This document shows positions 8,610 to 17,532 of a stretch of 64,000 nt of DNA, piece after piece (position 1 is the first letter of the stretch; each line of letters opens with the position of its first letter). Under the pieces are notes generated by a model. It saw nothing but the letters and a program-made list of their open reading frames with translations, did no database searches and was not told the DNA's origin. The position numbers and the translations under genes are program-made. Location: positions 1,641 through 65,640 of the forward strand of contig JAQXEH010000018.1 in assembly GCA_029250925.1 (NCBI GenBank), read 5' to 3'. The stretch comes from Hellea sp. GTDB taxonomy: Bacteria > Pseudomonadota > Alphaproteobacteria > Caulobacterales > Maricaulaceae.

Positions 8610-10826
8610 CTAGAAAGAGTAACCTAATGTAACTCCAACTTCACGTCCTGCGACTAGCTCTTGCCAAGCAAACGCTCCAGCATCAAAAGCTCGTGAGACA
8701 CGACCATCTTTGTCTAATATATCAGTTCCATAAACAACAAGCTTAAGTTTATTTCCTGTATCCATTTCTTTGATGTAAGTCATGGATAAATCAAACTGTG
8801 TATGCGCCCCAATTGTGATATCAGGACCAGTTTGGAAACTATAAGTCTCAAAGCCTGCATTACCAAATTGCTCGCCGCGGTGGCTAAGTGTACCACTAAA
8901 GGTTAAATCACCACCAAAACTTGCAGAGTTGTGCTCTACTGTAAGACTTCCCATTTCGCTAGGAGCATAAATGATCTTAGCATCATCAGCAATATCACGG
9001 CCATCGAAGAGATACTCATCGAAATCAGCATCAAGGATGGAGAATGAGCCCCTGAATGTTAATGCATCCGTTGGCGTCCAAACACTTTCGATCTCAAGTC
9101 CATTATTGCTTGTCTTGGCAGCGTTTCTAACAAATGTGCAAGTAGCAGTATTTGCTAATCCGCATTCTGTACCATTTGTAACGACAAATTGCTGCTTGTC
9201 ATCATAGTTAGACATAAATGCAGTAACGTTAAGTTGCAAGTTATCTGATGGACGCGAACGTAACCCAAGCTCAAAGTTTTCAACTGTTTCTGAGTCGTAA
9301 GGTCCCGCTGTCAAAGGGTCACTACCACGGTTGTTGAAACCACCACTACGGTAACCTGTTGAATAAGATGCATAAACCATACCACCCTCAAATTTTCGCT
9401 TAGCAGAAAGTCTATAAGACAAGTTGTCATCACTATATTCCGGCGTAAGGTTTAATATGGCACCAGTGGCTGGAGTAGCTGTACGACCTGCACTATCAGC
9501 GAAACGAGTTAAATCTAACTCTTTAGACTCATCTGTATAACGGGCACCAGCTGAAATTGACCAGTTTTCACCGATATCATATGTGGCCTCACCAAATAAA
9601 GCCGTAGCTTCAGCGTCTTGAAGGGTTGTGAAGTTTGAACCAGGCCCAGAAGTTAAGTATGAGTCTGTCGACAGGTAGTATAATCCTGCAACAAAATTAA
9701 GCGGACCATCTAGATCAGAAATAAACTGCAGTTCATGAGATGACTGACTATATTCTTGCTCTCTTGTAACTGGATACAGTGGAGCTGGTGCTCCCCATGA
9801 ACTGAAAAAAGCATATTCTTCAAAATCCATGTGCCCAAATATATATTTAAGAGCAAACTTATCTTCAGTGTGATCAACATTTAATGTTATGTTTTCACCC
9901 TTAATTGTGCTTACTATTTGCTCACTTGCATTAGAAACGCGGTTACCACCAGCTCTTGAAATTGCACCGGAGTCGGCGTCACAACCTAGTGAGAAGAAAG
10001 CACAGAAAATACTGTCACCAGTACCAGTTGCTATTACATCAGCAGGCTGAGTATTGTGATCATACCAATCATACGAAAGAGTAGCAGTAGTTTTGTCTGT
10101 GAAGTCATATTTTAACGCAGCTGAAGCTGTTTGACTATCTCTCATTTTTGGGCGTTCATTATTAGTAACATTGAAGAGATGTGAATCTTGCTGTAGATTA
10201 CGATAGCTAACTTTTAAGCCTCCGTTTTCCCCTAAAGGCATATTTACTAAACCTTTAAGGTCAATACGGTCATGGCTTGCATAAGTGCCTTCAACCTTGC
10301 CTCCGAACTCACCCGTTGGAGCTGTTCGCTTTATGTTAATAACACCCGCAATTGTGTTACGTCCGTATAATGTACCTTGAGGTCCACGAAGAACTTCAAC
10401 GCTTTCTATGTCAAAAAAGTCGACGACAGCACCACTATTAGATGCCATAAATACGCCATCAACTGAAACACCTACAGTAGGTTCAAATGTTTTTTCTAAA
10501 TCATCAAAACCAATACCTCTGATAGAAGCTCCAAGTGCAGCACCTGATTGAGTAACTGTATGCAATTCAACATTTGGAATATGCTTTGCTACATCAAGTA
10601 TTGTTTGAACAGAACCTCGCTCTAGCTGTCCCTGGCTTAATGCTGAAACTGCAACTGGCACATCTTGTAATGATTCAGTACGTTTTCTTGCTGTAACGAC
10701 TATTTCATCAAGTCTTCCAGCTGTTTCAGTTGTTTCTTGTGCATAAACTCCTGTACTCATACCTGCTAAAGGTAAAGCAGATGCTAGTAAAAGAGCTTTT
10801 GCGCTTTTATTAATATTAAAATTCAT
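8610..10826 (-). CDS. TonB-dependent outer-membrane receptor
   Basis: Signal peptide MNFNINKSAKALLLASALPLAGMSTGVYA|QE, a plug domain with TonB-box-like DEIVVTARKR, a long beta-barrel, and a C-terminal aromatic residue (..TLGYSF). ATG at 10826 is preceded by GGGGAG. The track's start at 10886 looks like an over-extension. Confidence 0.9.
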   Translation of the reverse strand: MNFNINKSAKALLLASALPLAGMSTGVYAQETTETAGRLDEIVVTARKRTESLQDVPVAVSALSQGQLERGSVQTILDVAKHIPNVELHTVTQSGAALGASIRGIGFDDLEKTFEPTVGVSVDGVFMASNSGAVVDFFDIESVEVLRGPQGTLYGRNTIAGVINIKRTAPTGEFGGKVEGTYASHDRIDLKGLVNMPLGENGGLKVSYRNLQQDSHLFNVTNNERPKMRDSQTASAALKYDFTDKTTATLSYDWYDHNTQPADVIATGTGDSIFCAFFSLGCDADSGAISRAGGNRVSNASEQIVSTIKGENITLNVDHTEDKFALKYIFGHMDFEEYAFFSSWGAPAPLYPVTREQEYSQSSHELQFISDLDGPLNFVAGLYYLSTDSYLTSGPGSNFTTLQDAEATALFGEATYDIGENWSISAGARYTDESKELDLTRFADSAGRTATPATGAILNLTPEYSDDNLSYRLSAKRKFEGGMVYASYSTGYRSGGFNNRGSDPLTAGPYDSETVENFELGLRSRPSDNLQLNVTAFMSNYDDKQQFVVTNGTECGLANTATCTFVRNAAKTSNNGLEIESVWTPTDALTFRGSFSILDADFDEYLFDGRDIADDAKIIYAPSEMGSLTVEHNSASFGGDLTFSGTLSHRGEQFGNAGFETYSFQTGPDITIGAHTQFDLSMTYIKEMDTGNKLKLVVYGTDILDKDGRVSRAFDAGAFAWQELVAGREVGVTLGYSF

Positions 10827-10887
10827 TTTTATAGACTCCCCAATTGAATTAACCAATGTAATCCACCCAAGTGCCCCCAGTAACAAC

Positions 10888-10939
10888 TGACTTTTTAGAT
10901 AGTAATCAAAAATTAGGTAATTCTATGACTAAAAAGTCA
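10888..10939 (-). promoter_or_regulatory. 11-bp-arm inverted repeat (TGACTTTTTAG...CTAAAAAGTCA) in the leader of the TonB receptor gene
   Basis: Arms at 10888-10898 and 10929-10939 with a 30-nt spacer. A perfect TTGACA hexamer on the minus strand (10951-10956) lies just upstream. Confidence 0.3.
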
Positions 10940-10979
10940 CAATAGACTTTTGTCAAACAACCTTTCATATCGAGTGCTA

Positions 10980-12860
10980 TTAATTTTTAGAGGAGAAAAC
11001 TATTAAAGCATTACCAGGCATCATAGAGCCAAATGAATAACCAGAATTTACTATAACGTGACCATCATAGATAACAGGTCCATCAGACTCAATTGCTCCG
11101 CCCTTAGCAATTTCACCGTTTACAGAGACAAATTCTTTGTTTGTATTAAAATCCCAAATAATATCACCATTTAATGAATCATACGCTCGTAAATGTCCGT
11201 CGAAAGCCCCAGCGAATACCATGTCTTTTGTTGCAGTAACAGCAGCTGATAAGCCAGGATCACAAGCAGGTTCATCCTTGTCTTCACACACATCCACAGC
11301 TTCAGTTGCCCATAGGGTCTCACCAGATATAGGGTCCAATGCATATAAACCCGCACGACTTAATGCTTTATCAGACTCGCTATAGGCGGTATCAGCAATA
11401 GGTACAAAAATAGCCTTATTATCAGTCGCAATACCCCAATGAACCCCGCCACTAAAGCCTCCTCTACCCATTTTCTCACGCCACAAAAGGGCTCCATTAT
11501 TGTCAGGGTCTAATGCAAAAACATCGCCAGACTTCTGCCCTACTGCAATAATTTCTTTTCCACTTTTAGTTTTGATTAAAATAGGTGGTGCGCCAATATC
11601 AAGATCAGGTCCGTTCTCCTCAGGGCAATTTGGACCGCCACCTATAAAACAAGCCATATTCCATGCATCGCCGCTCAAAGCTTGATAATGCCACTTAATT
11701 TCTCCATCATCTAAACCAATTGCAAGAACAGAATCACTTGTTGATACTGCTGGCGAGGTATATGACTCCCCTGTACCGACATAAAGAACACCCCGTTTTT
11801 CATCAATAGTAGGACTATTCCATATAGGTACTCCGGCCGGATGAAAACGGCGCGCTCCCATTTCATTATAATCACCCGTGAATTTCGACTCCTCGGCTAT
11901 AGTATGAGTAGTCCATTTCGTATCGCCGTTTTTTATGTCCAGCTTAACAACACCGCCTTGAAAAGTGCAACATTCATATCCTGGATCTGCTGCAGAAGCC
12001 CACTCTTTAGAAGAGAGCGGCACATAAAGAAATTCTTTATATAATCTCGGCGATCCAGTCAGGGTAACGTCAGGGTGCTCACTCACAGATTTTCGCCAGA
12101 TTAACTCACCAGTTAAAGCATCTATTGAATAAACATTCCCCTTTATATCACCAAAGAGAGCAACTGTTTTACCCATACTCTCTGTTATATTTACGGCATT
12201 TCTGACTTCAGCATCAGCCTGAAAGGTCCATGTTGCGCAGCCAGTATCAAAATCAAGAGCAAAAACGCGACCATCCTGGCCACCTACTATGATATGGTTA
12301 GCAAAAATTACAGGCTGACTTCTTGCTCTTGAAGCATCTGGGTATGCAAAAGCCCACTTAAATGATAAATTTTCAATATTTTCTTTAGGTAGTTTAGCTA
12401 TTTTCTCAGAAATAAAGCGCGATCCATCTAACTTTAACCCCCAACCTTCAAAGACAGATTTTTTTTCCTTCGTCTTAATCATATTGGAGCTACACATTTT
12501 TACAGGTTTAGAGCTTTTGCGTGACCCTGCTAAATACATTGATAGGCTGTCAATTTCATTTTCCGTAAGATGCGCAGCTTGCTGTTTCATAACGCCAGAC
12601 ATTAGTGCCTGCTTTATATAGTCTGTATTATACAATTGAAATTCAATTAAATGAGGCGCTTTTGGAACTCCTCCTAAATGACAACTGGAACAATTTTCGT
12701 TAAATAATGTTTCCCCATCAATAGGTACCGTTTCTTCAATGAAAGCTACATCTGTTTTAGGTTCAACATTTAGCTCACTAGGCTGACATCCAAATAAAAT
12801 AGAAATAATCAAAATGAAAAAAATTTTAAAGAAACCAGGATACATATTTATACTACTCAA
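10980..12860 (-). CDS. PQQ-dependent dehydrogenase with N-terminal cytochrome c domain (quinohaemoprotein, PVA-dehydrogenase-like architecture), lipoprotein
   Basis: Lipobox ..ISILFG|CQPS, haem-c motif CSSCH about 30 aa later, then a ~480-aa beta-propeller with repeated PQQ-type W/G-rich blades. ATG at 12845 (MYPGFFK...) is the likelier start than TTG at 12860. Confidence 0.75.
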   Translation of the reverse strand: MSSINMYPGFFKIFFILIISILFGCQPSELNVEPKTDVAFIEETVPIDGETLFNENCSSCHLGGVPKAPHLIEFQLYNTDYIKQALMSGVMKQQAAHLTENEIDSLSMYLAGSRKSSKPVKMCSSNMIKTKEKKSVFEGWGLKLDGSRFISEKIAKLPKENIENLSFKWAFAYPDASRARSQPVIFANHIIVGGQDGRVFALDFDTGCATWTFQADAEVRNAVNITESMGKTVALFGDIKGNVYSIDALTGELIWRKSVSEHPDVTLTGSPRLYKEFLYVPLSSKEWASAADPGYECCTFQGGVVKLDIKNGDTKWTTHTIAEESKFTGDYNEMGARRFHPAGVPIWNSPTIDEKRGVLYVGTGESYTSPAVSTSDSVLAIGLDDGEIKWHYQALSGDAWNMACFIGGGPNCPEENGPDLDIGAPPILIKTKSGKEIIAVGQKSGDVFALDPDNNGALLWREKMGRGGFSGGVHWGIATDNKAIFVPIADTAYSESDKALSRAGLYALDPISGETLWATEAVDVCEDKDEPACDPGLSAAVTATKDMVFAGAFDGHLRAYDSLNGDIIWDFNTNKEFVSVNGEIAKGGAIESDGPVIYDGHVIVNSGYSFGSMMPGNALIVFSSKN

Positions 12861-12865
12861 TTGAA

Positions 12866-13888
12866 CTATATTTTACTTTTATAATTTGAAATTTTTCTGA
12901 CTTCGGCAACAATTCTTTCAACAGAAGGGACATAAGCCGCTTCCAAATTAGGAGCAGCTGGCACGGGAGTGTGCGGGGCTGTAATTTTACAAATCGGAGC
13001 TCTCAAGGAAGAAAAGGCTTCCGATGCTGCGATACTCGCTATTTCTGATGCATATGAGCATATAGGCGTTGATTCATCCACTACAGCAAGTCTGCCAGTT
13101 TTTTCTATACTATCCAATACTGTGTCCATATCAAAAGGCGAGAGAGTTCTTGGGTCAATAACCTCAACAGAGATACCCTCTTTTGATAATATTACCGCTG
13201 CTTTTTCGGCCAGAAGCGCCATTCTTCCAATTCCTACTACAGTTACATCATTACCCTCACAAACAACTCTAGCTTTGCCAAATTCTATTGTATATGCCTC
13301 ATCAGGAACTTCTCCTTCCTCAGCAAAAAGCATTTTATGCTCACAAAAAATTACTGGGTCATTATCTCGTATAGCCTGTATCAATAAACCTTTAGCATCA
13401 TATGGCGTTGTAGGGACCACAACCTTCAAACCGGGTATGTGCGCAAATATAGGGTAAACTGCTTGTGAGTGCTGCGGCCCAGCACCAACTCCAGCACCAA
13501 TCATAGTTCTTATAACCATTGGAGCTCCTTTTTGGTTTCCGAACATATAACGAAACTTTGCAGCTTGATTATAAATTTGATCAAAACAAACTCCAAAAAA
13601 ATCAGCGAACATAAGCTCCGCAATTGGCCGCAACCCAGTGAGTGAAGCCCCTGCAGCAGCACCCATGATTGCGGACTCAGAAATTGGCGTATCAATTATT
13701 CGTTCTGCTCCAAATTCAGTGTATAATCCAGCAGTGAGTCCCATAACACCGCCAGATTTCTCTCCCTCGCCTCCTGACCCCCCTCGGCCGCCAGCTACAT
13801 CTTCTCCCAATAAAATTACATTTGGGTCTAACCGCATTTCAACTCTCATGGCGTCCGTAATAGCTTCACGTAAAGTCATTTTTGTCAT
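12866..13888 (-). CDS. TPP-dependent E1 component, beta subunit (second copy)
   Basis: Paralog of 2585-3598 (EDVAGGRGG...IIDTPISE...FRYMFGN...HSQ). 5-nt spacer to the PQQ/cytochrome c gene. Confidence 0.85.
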   Translation of the reverse strand: MTKMTLREAITDAMRVEMRLDPNVILLGEDVAGGRGGSGGEGEKSGGVMGLTAGLYTEFGAERIIDTPISESAIMGAAAGASLTGLRPIAELMFADFFGVCFDQIYNQAAKFRYMFGNQKGAPMVIRTMIGAGVGAGPQHSQAVYPIFAHIPGLKVVVPTTPYDAKGLLIQAIRDNDPVIFCEHKMLFAEEGEVPDEAYTIEFGKARVVCEGNDVTVVGIGRMALLAEKAAVILSKEGISVEVIDPRTLSPFDMDTVLDSIEKTGRLAVVDESTPICSYASEIASIAASEAFSSLRAPICKITAPHTPVPAAPNLEAAYVPSVERIVAEVRKISNYKSKI

Positions 13889-13899
13889 TCCAAATTACC

Positions 13900-14868
13900 T
13901 CAATAACTTTCGTAAACATTTTCTTCTAAGGATGATAAGGGTGGCAAAGGCGAATTAAGTGCTAATTTAATTGCATCATCAACCTCTTTTTCAATCAAAG
14001 AGTTAATTTCTTCGAATTCAACATTTTCCATTAATTCCTTTTCAAGTACTTTTTGTTTGAATATCTCTAATGGGTCCTTATTAGCTTTTATTTCCTTAAC
14101 CTCAGTTTTGCTCCGATAAGCTTGAGGATCACCTTCATAATGCCCATACCAACGTAACGCTTCACATTCTATGCTAGTAGGCCCATCACCTGACCTTGCG
14201 CGCTCAACTGCCTCTCTCATAACATCATGAACTGCAAAAAAATCTGTGCCATCAACCTTAACAGCAGGCATACCAAAGCCGCTAGATCTGGTTGTTATGT
14301 CCACAGCACCGCAATGATAATCTATACCTGTAAATTCCGCATATCCATTATTTTCATATACAAATATAACTGGAAGCTTTAATACAACTGCAAGGTTCAT
14401 TGCTTCAAATACAGTGCCCTGATTAGAAGCACCGTCACCTATGAATGCTACTGCAACAGCTTTATTTTTTAAAGTTTTTGCTGCTAAGGCAGCACCCACT
14501 GCGAGTGGCGGCGAACCTCCGACTATAGCATTTGCCCCTAACATGCCTTTCGACAAATCAGCAATATGCATTGAGCCGCCCTTACCCTTGCAAAGGCCGT
14601 CTTCTCTGCAATAGATTTCGAGGGCCATGTCTTTTACATCACAACCTTTAGCTATACAGTGACCATGACCCCTATGGGTACTACCTATGTTGTCCGTATT
14701 ACTTAAATGCATACATACGCCAGTAGCTATTGCTTCTTGTCCGCAATATAAATGCACGAAACCAGGCATTTCTCCTTTTTGAAATTCTGTTCGCATTCGT
14801 TCTTCGAACACGCGTATTCTTTTCATAGTTGTGTATGCTTCTCGTAAATCATCTCTACTTAGCTGCAT
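13900..14868 (-). CDS. TPP-dependent E1 component, alpha subunit (second copy, AcoA type)
   Basis: GFVHLYCGQEAIATG, STHRGHGHCIAKGCD, GKGGSMHIAD and GMLGANAIVG match the signature of 3608-4585. Confidence 0.85.
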   Translation of the reverse strand: MQLSRDDLREAYTTMKRIRVFEERMRTEFQKGEMPGFVHLYCGQEAIATGVCMHLSNTDNIGSTHRGHGHCIAKGCDVKDMALEIYCREDGLCKGKGGSMHIADLSKGMLGANAIVGGSPPLAVGAALAAKTLKNKAVAVAFIGDGASNQGTVFEAMNLAVVLKLPVIFVYENNGYAEFTGIDYHCGAVDITTRSSGFGMPAVKVDGTDFFAVHDVMREAVERARSGDGPTSIECEALRWYGHYEGDPQAYRSKTEVKEIKANKDPLEIFKQKVLEKELMENVEFEEINSLIEKEVDDAIKLALNSPLPPLSSLEENVYESY

Positions 14869-14940
14869 ATTTTCCTCCCATGAAAGAATTAGTGCTAATG
14901 CTTTTACTTTATAGCTGTCTAAATTGTCAGGTTTTTTAAA

Positions 14941-16893
14941 TTAATTATCTAAATTTAAATCATCAGGTAAGGCATAGGCCACAACATAATCACCGGGAGG
15001 CGTTTGAAACCATAGGTGCTGCCCAGAGGTGATAACTACATGTTGCTTTCCGCCGGCCATATAAGTCATCGGAGTAGTTTGTCCACCAGCAGGAAGCTTG
15101 TCCTTCCATAACTCCTTACCATTGGATGCATCGAATGCCCTTAAGTAATTGTCCTGCGCAGCGGCAATGAAAATAAGACCAGACCTGGTTGCAATTGGAC
15201 CCCCAATATTAGGGGTTCCCAAGTTTGTATTTATCGGCAATGGAATTGGCAATTTATCCCTAATTGAACCTAGAGGAACATCCCAAACAATCTCACCGCT
15301 ATCAACATTTATTGCAGTTAATCCTCCCCAAGGAGGGGGCGAACAGGGAGCTCCAAACGGTGATAATAACCACTCTCTTTTTACCGTATAGGGCGTTCCG
15401 TTTTGAGGTGAAATATCATCTTTACTTGTTAAAGACACAGTCTGAGTTGAATCTTTATCAGCCTTAGGGATCATAGTGATTACTTGAGCAACTCTAGATG
15501 TATTAACAAATAGCATTCGGCGCTTATGGTCAAAACTGTTTCCACCCCAGTTAGCTCCACCAGCAGTAGAGGGATAGAAAATAGTTCCCTGTTCGCTTAT
15601 TGGCGTGAACGTTCCCTCTGACCTGTATTTCGAAATTTTGCGCCTACAAGCGATATAGTCTATAGGTGTAAAACCAAACGCGTCCTTAGGGTTTAATCTA
15701 TCGGGTACTAACTGAGGCGGCTTAGAAGGTATAGGTTGTGTTTTTACGGAATTATCATCGCTTATGGAAGTAACCGGTATATCGATTTCATTTAAAGGAA
15801 ATATAGGTTCTCCTGTTTCTCTATTAAAGGTGAAAACATATCCCTGCTTAGTCGTTTGGATTACCGCAGGTATTTGAATGCCATTCACATTAACTTCCAG
15901 CAGAGTAGGCTGTGAAGGCAGGTCATAATCCCATATATCATGCCTGACCAATTGCTGTGCCCAAACTAATTCACCAGATGAGGCCTTAAGAGCTACCAGA
16001 GAGTTAGCCCATCGATTGTCGCCTGGTCGAAGCCCCCCATAAAAATCTGGAGATGGCGACGAGGTCGGGAGGTAGACAAGGTCACGCCGCTCATCAACAG
16101 CCATCGCAGTCCATACATTACCACCTCCGACATTTAATTCTTTTGGTATTGGATCAAATTCCCACACTTTATTTCCAGTTTTCGCGTCAAAAGCCTTTAC
16201 CGTTCCAAAAGGAGCATCTGCGCGATAACCGTCTACAATTGTGGATCCAACAACAATGACATTATTAACAACAGCAACTGGTGAATTTAGTCTTATTTCA
16301 CCTTCGAAAGCCGCAGGCCTGGACTGCTCTATATGTACTGCTCCATTGTCACCAAAGTCCTTGCACAACTTTCCGTCGCCTGCATCAATTGCGATAACCC
16401 TCAAGTCATTAACGGGTATAAATAAACGATGTTTACAATGCGTTTCCTCGATACCCTTTTTGTCAACCCACTGACTAATTCCCCGGCATACATATTGAAA
16501 CGGAAGCTTTAAACCAGTTGATACATTAGGATCAAATACCCACTTTTCCTCACCTGTTACAGGATTTAACGCTATGATCCTATTAAATGGAGTACACACA
16601 ATTAATTTTCCATCTGCAATTATTGGAGTGTTTTCATTGGAGCTATTAATGTTCATTTCGGCAGAACGGCGATCAAGCTCGCCTGTTCTATAAGTCCAAG
16701 CAACTTCAAGGCTTTTTATATTTTTTAGGTTAATTTGGCTATGATTAGAATATCTAGTACCCGAGTCAGAGCCCCCGTATTGAGGCCAATCTGAAGCTCC
16801 ATCATGGGCTTGTGAAATTGTGTTTAAAAGGAATAATAAAACACAAAAAAATAAAATTCTAGAAACAATAAAACTTTTAGCTAGAAAGCGCAT
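14941..16893 (-). CDS. Periplasmic PQQ-dependent dehydrogenase (glucose/quinate/polyol dehydrogenase-like propeller)
   Basis: Sec signal peptide (..NTISQA|HD), DWPQYGGSDSGTRYS start typical of quinoprotein dehydrogenases, 8-blade-length propeller. No vicinal Cys-Cys and no N-terminal TM bundle. Confidence 0.8.
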   Translation of the reverse strand: MRFLAKSFIVSRILFFCVLLFLLNTISQAHDGASDWPQYGGSDSGTRYSNHSQINLKNIKSLEVAWTYRTGELDRRSAEMNINSSNENTPIIADGKLIVCTPFNRIIALNPVTGEEKWVFDPNVSTGLKLPFQYVCRGISQWVDKKGIEETHCKHRLFIPVNDLRVIAIDAGDGKLCKDFGDNGAVHIEQSRPAAFEGEIRLNSPVAVVNNVIVVGSTIVDGYRADAPFGTVKAFDAKTGNKVWEFDPIPKELNVGGGNVWTAMAVDERRDLVYLPTSSPSPDFYGGLRPGDNRWANSLVALKASSGELVWAQQLVRHDIWDYDLPSQPTLLEVNVNGIQIPAVIQTTKQGYVFTFNRETGEPIFPLNEIDIPVTSISDDNSVKTQPIPSKPPQLVPDRLNPKDAFGFTPIDYIACRRKISKYRSEGTFTPISEQGTIFYPSTAGGANWGGNSFDHKRRMLFVNTSRVAQVITMIPKADKDSTQTVSLTSKDDISPQNGTPYTVKREWLLSPFGAPCSPPPWGGLTAINVDSGEIVWDVPLGSIRDKLPIPLPINTNLGTPNIGGPIATRSGLIFIAAAQDNYLRAFDASNGKELWKDKLPAGGQTTPMTYMAGGKQHVVITSGQHLWFQTPPGDYVVAYALPDDLNLDN

Positions 16894-17423
16894 TACGAAG
16901 CTCTTTCATAACCAGCATTCCACATGTGCCTGAGAACCTTCCATTGACCATCAGCACCTCTTACAACTAAATCATTGTATTTTAGGTTATTTGATAGTTT
17001 ACTCAATGCAGCTTTAGAGTCTGTTATTAACTTAGTTTCACTTTTGAGTGTAATTTCTATTATGTAATCATATCTTACTTGTGCAATATCATTGCCGATA
17101 AACTCTATGTCCCAATCAGATAGATTTATAATTTTATAGGAAGCATTGTTAAACACTGGAATTAGAAATTCACCATATGCCTCTAGTCCAACGATGTCAG
17201 GTGCTGATTGCGGAACCATTCTAATCTTATTGTGAAGTACTGAGAGGTACCCCTCCCTATCACCAGCCTCAACCGCTTCATTCCAAGTGCTATAAACATT
17301 TAATATTGCCTCTTTATCAACAGCCCTAGTATCCATTTTAGTTGGCGCCTGTATTTCTGGACTGCACGCGTAACAAAACACCAAAAATAATATCAAAATA
17401 TATTTCTTTAATATATTAGTCAT
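16893..17423 (-). CDS. NTF2-like (SnoaL/DUF4440-type) lipoprotein
   Basis: Lipobox FCY|ACS. A ~150-aa alpha+beta cone-like sequence (ILNVYSTWNEAVEAGDREGYLSVL...). The stop overlaps the ATG of the downstream PQQ dehydrogenase (TAATG at 16891-16895). Confidence 0.6.
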   Translation of the reverse strand: MTNILKKYILILFLVFCYACSPEIQAPTKMDTRAVDKEAILNVYSTWNEAVEAGDREGYLSVLHNKIRMVPQSAPDIVGLEAYGEFLIPVFNNASYKIINLSDWDIEFIGNDIAQVRYDYIIEITLKSETKLITDSKAALSKLSNNLKYNDLVVRGADGQWKVLRHMWNAGYERAS

Positions 17424-17532
17424 GGCCTAACCTTTCGTGCGAAATGAAAGCATAGTTTTTTTTACATATATTTTAACAGACTAGCACTATCATTAAAGGG
17501 AGTTTGGTGTTTAGGTTGAAATGCTAGAATAA

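Noticed and set aside
10827-10886. 20-codon N-terminal extension of the TonB receptor in the track (MLLGALGWITLVNSIGESIK).
   Set aside because: The internal ATG at 10826 is preceded by GGGGAG and yields a canonical signal peptide. The extension would bury that signal peptide.
10827-10979. Cobalamin or other riboswitch upstream of the TonB receptor.
   Set aside because: The region is only ~150 nt, AT-rich, and has no B12-box-like GC-rich core that I can see. This needs a covariance-model scan to exclude formally.
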